Below the pieces are notes generated by a model. The model worked only from the letters and a program-made list of their open reading frames with translations, ran no database searches and was not told the DNA's origin. The translations under genes were made by a program, and so were the position numbers. Below, piece by piece: positions 59,060 through 64,000 of a stretch of DNA of 64,000 nucleotides. Each line of letters opens with the position of its first letter. Positions within the stretch are counted from its first letter, which is position 1. Source of the stretch: an uncultured delta proteobacterium (GTDB taxonomy: Bacteria; Desulfobacterota; Binatia; UBA9968); the NCBI GenBank assembly GCA_963816145.1, contig CAWFJP010000031.1:352001-416000 (forward strand), given 5' to 3'.

Positions 59060-60067
59060 ATGAAGCGCTTATTACGTCGTGAGTTTTTGTCTGTGATTGT
59101 GGTGTTGTGTGGGTTTGCATTATTTGCGGACCGGGTGCCGGCCCAGGAAGGGCGCCGATTGCGCGCCGGCTATGCTTCGCTCTCCGGTAACATGGTGCCC
59201 TACTGGGCCGGCAAAGATGCGGGGATCTACAAGAAGTTTGGCCTCGACATCGATCTGGTCGCTTTTCCCAGCGGCACCGAAGGGATGGCGGCGATGATTG
59301 CCGGCGAGATCGAATTTCTCGCCATCGCGGGTAGCACGACGGCGAGCGCGGCCATCGGCGGTTCCGATGTGGTCTCGCTGGCGATCACCACCGAACGTTT
59401 GGTGACCAGCTTGATGACCATTCCGAGCATCCAGCGGCCTGAAGAGCTGAAAGGCAAAGCGGTGGGGATCAGCCGTTTCGGCACGTCCATCGATACCGCG
59501 GCGCGGATGGCGATTCAGCACTTCGGCATGGAGCCGGTAAAAGATGTTTCGCTCGTGCAAGCCGGTGCGGTCTCGGCCAACCTGGCGGCGATGCGCGGCG
59601 GTCGCATCCAAGCGGCGATCCTGTCCTATCCGTCGATTATTCAAGCGCGCCGCGAAGGCTTTCGCGAGCTTCTCGATATCGCATCGTTAGGAGTGCCCTA
59701 CGCGTCCACGGGAATTACCGTGCGCAAGAGTTTCATGGCGCAGCGCCGCGATGTCGTGACCAATTTTGTTAAGTCGATACTCGAAGCCACAGCGCGCATC
59801 AAAAGAGACAAAGCGTTCACTATCGACATGATGATGAAGTATTTCCGTACTAAAGACCGCGAGATGATGGAAGAGACTTACGAGGTTTCCGTGACCAAGT
59901 ATTTGAAACGCGTGCCGACGCCAACTGCGGAATCGTTTCGCACCGTGGTCGACGAACTTGCTTTAGTAAACCCCAAGGCCAAGGGACAAGATCCCAAACG
60001 TTTCTACGACGATAGTATCTTGCAGGAATTGGACAAGAGCGGATTTATTAGTTCCGTCAGCCGATGA
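59060..60067 (+). CDS. NMT1/SsuA-type substrate-binding protein
   Basis: LRAGY, ELKGKAVGISRFGT, YDDSILQELDKSGF. Confidence 0.88.
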   Translation: MKRLLRREFLSVIVVLCGFALFADRVPAQEGRRLRAGYASLSGNMVPYWAGKDAGIYKKFGLDIDLVAFPSGTEGMAAMIAGEIEFLAIAGSTTASAAIGGSDVVSLAITTERLVTSLMTIPSIQRPEELKGKAVGISRFGTSIDTAARMAIQHFGMEPVKDVSLVQAGAVSANLAAMRGGRIQAAILSYPSIIQARREGFRELLDIASLGVPYASTGITVRKSFMAQRRDVVTNFVKSILEATARIKRDKAFTIDMMMKYFRTKDREMMEETYEVSVTKYLKRVPTPTAESFRTVVDELALVNPKAKGQDPKRFYDDSILQELDKSGFISSVSR

Positions 60068-60098
60068 GCGCAAAACTCGACGTTCAGCCAACAATTAG

Positions 60099-60962
60099 TT
60101 AGTTCAATAAAGAGGGACCCTCGGAGGTGACGATCTGGATAAAATCTTTCTTGGCATTTTTCATCCGGGCCATCTGGCTGTCCGCTTCCTGCATGAGTTC
60201 GGCGACGGTGCGCGGGGCTTTGGTGCAGGCGACGGCGCTGATATAGAAGTTGAGCGGGTGGGAGTGTTTGCGCCGTTCGTCCTTGAGCACGTTGTGCAGC
60301 TGTTCGAGCGCCAAATTCGCCCCGCTCGAAGCTGTCTTGGGTAATAGCACCGCGAAGGTGGTCCCCGCCAATCTACCGACGAGATCGGGTCGCGCGACGT
60401 TCTCGCGAATCGTGTGAGCGATGGTGCACATCATTTGGTCGCCCGCCGGGTAGCCCTGCCGTTCGTTGACCAACTGTATGCCGCTCACGTCGATGCAAGC
60501 CAGAGTCATCGGTTCAAGTCCAGAAGCGCGGCCCATCTCCTCAGCGGCGAGTTCATAGAAGGCACGGCCGTTGGGCAGGCCGGTGATAAAATCGCGGCTT
60601 GCTAGATTGGACAGTTCGTCGAGCTTGGATTTCAACGATGCTTGGGTGAATGCGAAAATGACAAATACGCCGCTGCGCATGAGCAGGTTCCAGTAGGCGA
60701 TCCAGGGCGAGGAATAGGCCCGGCCACTCAAGGAATCGCTGACAAACCAAACCAGTGATCCAAAGATTGCCAAAGTCACGCCCACATCACGGGAAATAAA
60801 CCAGCTGCCGAGAAAGATCGGAATCAAATTGAGCAACAAGAAATGCATCTCGATGCGGGTGGCGAAATCAAGCACGCCCAGCAAAATCGATAAGGCGATG
60901 GCGATGAAAACCACCGTGAGCTTTGAGCGGCGCTCAAAGAACTTCGTCAGTTTCAAATGCAT
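60099..60962 (-). CDS. Membrane protein with degenerate GGDEF domain
   Basis: About four TM helices; DFITGLPNGRAF, VNERQGYPAGD; signature reads GRLAGTTF. Confidence 0.85.
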   Translation of the reverse strand: MHLKLTKFFERRSKLTVVFIAIALSILLGVLDFATRIEMHFLLLNLIPIFLGSWFISRDVGVTLAIFGSLVWFVSDSLSGRAYSSPWIAYWNLLMRSGVFVIFAFTQASLKSKLDELSNLASRDFITGLPNGRAFYELAAEEMGRASGLEPMTLACIDVSGIQLVNERQGYPAGDQMMCTIAHTIRENVARPDLVGRLAGTTFAVLLPKTASSGANLALEQLHNVLKDERRKHSHPLNFYISAVACTKAPRTVAELMQEADSQMARMKNAKKDFIQIVTSEGPSLLN

Positions 60963-61248
60963 CTATCGACCCCAGGGAAAGCGATTCAAACTTGGCGAGT
61001 GTAAACGACAACTCTGCCCATGGTCAAATCGATTTCTCAAATATAGGGTATCGGAAAAACCAATTTCAGCGAACTTCGCCGTCATGCGGATGAATTGTCA
61101 TTGAGTGGGGCTCACGGATGCGCCATTTTGTTTGTCAAGAATACCTAGAGTTGTTCTAATTACGGCAGTTGATCGGAGCTAGGGGCGAACATGAAATAGC
61201 GCCCCGGCTTTTCTGCTCTCGTCATAACCAGTGATCGAGGAGGGCCCG

Positions 61249-62280
61249 ATGGTCAAATCCACGAACCGCGCATGGATCGTTATCGCTTCGATTGTCGCGC
61301 TCTGCTCTCAGTTTCACCCGGCTGATGCCCAGGAAGTTTTTTATCGGAGCAAAACCATTCGGGTGATCGTCGGGTTGGCGCCGGGCGGTGGTTTCGATAC
61401 CTACTCGCGAGTCATCGCACGCCATATGGGAAAACATATCCCGGGCACGCCGACGATGGTGGTCGATAACATGCCCGGGGCGGCGAGCTTGCTGGCGGCA
61501 AACCATGTCTACAAGGTCGCCAAGCCGGATGGGTTGACGATCGGCAATTTCGTTGGCGGTTTGGTCTTTCAACAGATTCTCGGTTTACCCGGCGTGGCTT
61601 TCGACGGTCCCAAGTTCGAGTACCTGGGGGTGCCGGCGCAGGATAATTTCATTATCGGCATCGCCAAATCCACCGGCATTACCAGTGTCGAGCAGTGGAA
61701 AGCGTCAGGCACTATATTGAAGATCGGCGGGGTTGCGCCGGGCGGCGGCACCGATGATATTCCAAAAGTCTTGAAGGCGACTTTGGGATTGCCGCTACAA
61801 ATGGTGTCCGGCTACAAAGGCACGGGGCCGGTGCGGCTCGCCTTCAACGCCGGTGAAGTGCAGGGCATCAGCAATTCGCTGGAATCGTTTCGTTCGACTT
61901 GGCGTGCCGAGCTCGAAAAAGGCGAAGTGATCTATCTGGTCCAAGCCAATCTCAGGCCCCATCCGGAGATTCCCAACGTGCCTTGGGCCGCCGATCTGAC
62001 GAAAAACGAAGAGGCACGCAAGATGATTCTCACAGCGGCCCGCGTCAACGGCGTGCTGAATCGTTTTTACGTGCTGCCGCCGGGCACCCCCAAGGAGCGA
62101 GTGTTGTTACTGCGTAAAGCCTTCATGGACACGATGACAGATCCGGAGTTTCTTGCCGACGCGCAGAAAGCTAAACTCGATCTCGACCCCATCGACGGTG
62201 AGGAGATTCAAAGGCAGGTGCGCGAGCTCTTCAATCTCGACCCGCCGTTGGTGGCAAAGATGCGAGAGATACTGAAATAG
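61249..62280 (+). CDS. TctC/Bug family substrate-binding protein
   Basis: VGLAPGGGFD, VDNMPGA, KPDGLTI, GYKG. Confidence 0.9.
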   Translation: MVKSTNRAWIVIASIVALCSQFHPADAQEVFYRSKTIRVIVGLAPGGGFDTYSRVIARHMGKHIPGTPTMVVDNMPGAASLLAANHVYKVAKPDGLTIGNFVGGLVFQQILGLPGVAFDGPKFEYLGVPAQDNFIIGIAKSTGITSVEQWKASGTILKIGGVAPGGGTDDIPKVLKATLGLPLQMVSGYKGTGPVRLAFNAGEVQGISNSLESFRSTWRAELEKGEVIYLVQANLRPHPEIPNVPWAADLTKNEEARKMILTAARVNGVLNRFYVLPPGTPKERVLLLRKAFMDTMTDPEFLADAQKAKLDLDPIDGEEIQRQVRELFNLDPPLVAKMREILK

Positions 62281-62341
62281 ATTTTTCACTTCCGCGCAGC
62301 CCAGTTAGGCAATCGCGGCAATCGGCTGCGTGGGCCGGCCA

Positions 62342-62722
62342 TTACCGTATCTGAAATAGTTCCTTCCAGATCTTTTCATACTTGGGGAACTCTTTGACGT
62401 CATCTTGGCCGAGCATGTAGGCATTCGCCGGCCGGACCTTGTCCACGGGCTCGACGTTGGGATGGGCCGGAGTCTCGCCGGCGCGGGCGAAAACGCGCTG
62501 GCCTTCCTCGCTGGTAACCCACCGAGCCCAAAGCAGCGCCGTGTTTGGATGGGGTGCGCCTTTCAGAACGCCAACGCTGCCGCCGATCTCACCGACGCCT
62601 TCGGTCAACAGCGGGACGATCGGAGCGCTGGCAGCGCGGGCTGTCGGCAATGAACTGACGCTCAAAATCCCGAATAGTACTAGGGCAGTGCTTGGAATAA
62701 ACATCATTGTCCGAGTCGTCAT
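62342..62722 (-). pseudogene. Internally deleted Fe/polyamine-type substrate-binding protein
   Basis: Signal peptide fused directly to C-terminal KGAPHPNTALLWARWVTSEEGQ; only 126 aa. Confidence 0.7.
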
Positions 62723-62893
62723 ACTCGTCTGTGGTCCTGATGGTTTCTAATGGAATCACAACGCCTGGAGCGATTTGACGCGTCGCATAGGCAGATGTTG
62801 CTGCGGCGTCAAGTGCCTCGCGCTCTTGTTGCGCCGGCGCGCTTTTGTTATGAGACGAACAAATCGAATGTTTACGTCATGGGAGTGTATTAG

Positions 62894-63919
62894 ATGATTT
62901 CGCGAACTCGATTCAATCTTCTTTTCATCGCTCTGGCCGCCTTGCTGCTGTCACGGTCGGTTCACGCCGCCGCGCCATACTATGAGGGCAAGTCGATTCG
63001 AATCATTGTCGGCACCGCGCCGGGCGGCGGCTACGATACTTACACGCGACTCTTAGCGCGCCACTTTAGCAAACATATCCCGGGAGCCCCGGCGGTCATC
63101 GTCGATAATATGCCCGGCGCGGGCGGTTTGCTGTCGGCCAATTATATGTATCGCGTCGCCAAACCCGACGGCCTGACCATCGGCCATTTTGTCGGCGGGC
63201 AGTTCTTGCAGCAACTGCTCGGCCGTCCGGGAATCGAGTTCGATGCCCGGCGCTTCGAATATATTGGCGTGCCGGCGCAGGATGATTTCGTGCTGACAGT
63301 GGCCAAGGCGAGCGGCGTCGGTAGCATGGATCAATGGATGAATTCTAAGACGTCAATAAAGTTCGGCGCCATCGCGCCAGGGGACGGTACCTACGATACT
63401 CCCAAAGTCATTGAAGCGACGCTCGGTGTACCGATTCAGATCGTTACGGGTTACAAAGGGACGGCGCCGATTCGTTTGGCATTTAACAGCGGCGAGGTCG
63501 CCGGGCTGAGCAACTCATGGCAGTCGCTGAAGTCGACCTGGAGCAAGGAGTTGGAAAGCGGTGAAGCGATCATGCTGGCGCAGATGTCGACTAAACCCCA
63601 CGCCGATTTGGCCAAACTGCCGCTGGCAATGAACCTTGCCAAGAACGAAGAAAGCCGCAAGCTGATTGTCGCCGTGGCGCAAAGTCATGGCGCGGCGGTG
63701 CGGCCGTATCTGCTGCCGCCGGAGACGCCGAAGAATCTCGTCGAGATCTTGCGCAAGAGTTTTCTCGAAGCGATCCGCGATCCGGAGTTGCTCGCCGAGG
63801 CAAAGAAGGCCCGATTGGAAATCAACCCCGGTTCTGGAGAAGAATTGGAGCGAAATGTGAAAGATCTATTGTTGTTGGACAAGCCTCTGGTCGAGCGGTT
63901 GAAGGATATTCTAAAATAG
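62894..63919 (+). CDS. TctC/Bug family substrate-binding protein
   Basis: VGTAPGGGYD, VDNMPGAGG, KPDGLTI, GYKG. Confidence 0.9.
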   Translation: MISRTRFNLLFIALAALLLSRSVHAAAPYYEGKSIRIIVGTAPGGGYDTYTRLLARHFSKHIPGAPAVIVDNMPGAGGLLSANYMYRVAKPDGLTIGHFVGGQFLQQLLGRPGIEFDARRFEYIGVPAQDDFVLTVAKASGVGSMDQWMNSKTSIKFGAIAPGDGTYDTPKVIEATLGVPIQIVTGYKGTAPIRLAFNSGEVAGLSNSWQSLKSTWSKELESGEAIMLAQMSTKPHADLAKLPLAMNLAKNEESRKLIVAVAQSHGAAVRPYLLPPETPKNLVEILRKSFLEAIRDPELLAEAKKARLEINPGSGEELERNVKDLLLLDKPLVERLKDILK

Positions 63920-63924
63920 CGTCA

Positions 63925-64000
63925 ATGGAACTTCGTGCACGGATAAGTTGTGTCGTCGCTCTCGGACTTCTCCTAGACGTCACCAGTTCGGCATTCTGCC
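63925..64000 (+). CDS. Start of a probable secreted protein (cut by window end)
   Basis: MELRARISCVVALGLLLDVTSSAFC, 5 nt after the preceding stop. Confidence 0.45.
   Translation, partial: MELRARISCVVALGLLLDVTSSAFC

Overview
A GC-rich bacterial chromosomal segment. Its content resembles Candidatus Binatia/Binatota-type deltaproteobacteria (inference only): 7 NMT1/SsuA-type and 5 TctC/Bug solute-binding proteins with no cognate permeases, plus LLM monooxygenases, AMDase/racemase-family proteins and PuuE-like deacetylases. Housekeeping-type genes include tex, fhs, pal, a MetE-like protein and prolyl oligopeptidase. I found no rRNA, tRNA, CRISPR array, integrase or transposase. The strongest observations are: (1) a 7-gene glycan operon (GH-A TIM barrel/GT2 fusion, ABC exporter, two paralogous GT-B-like proteins, YdjC deacetylase, NodS-like and second methyltransferases); (2) an unannotated sigma-54-type transcription unit of about 300 nt at 28.8-29.1 kb, with a strong RBS, an 11-codon ORF, several hairpins and a terminator; (3) a Cys-less LOV-like PAS sigma-54 activator next to a fasciclin gene that has a perfect -24/-12 promoter and five TGAGACA boxes; (4) a GIY-YIG-like/TM/SPOR fusion; (5) several families of intergenic palindromes and 7/9-nt periodic repeats. 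At least seven apparent single-base insertions split genes, most likely long-read consensus errors. All calls come from motif reading by eye, without database searches.
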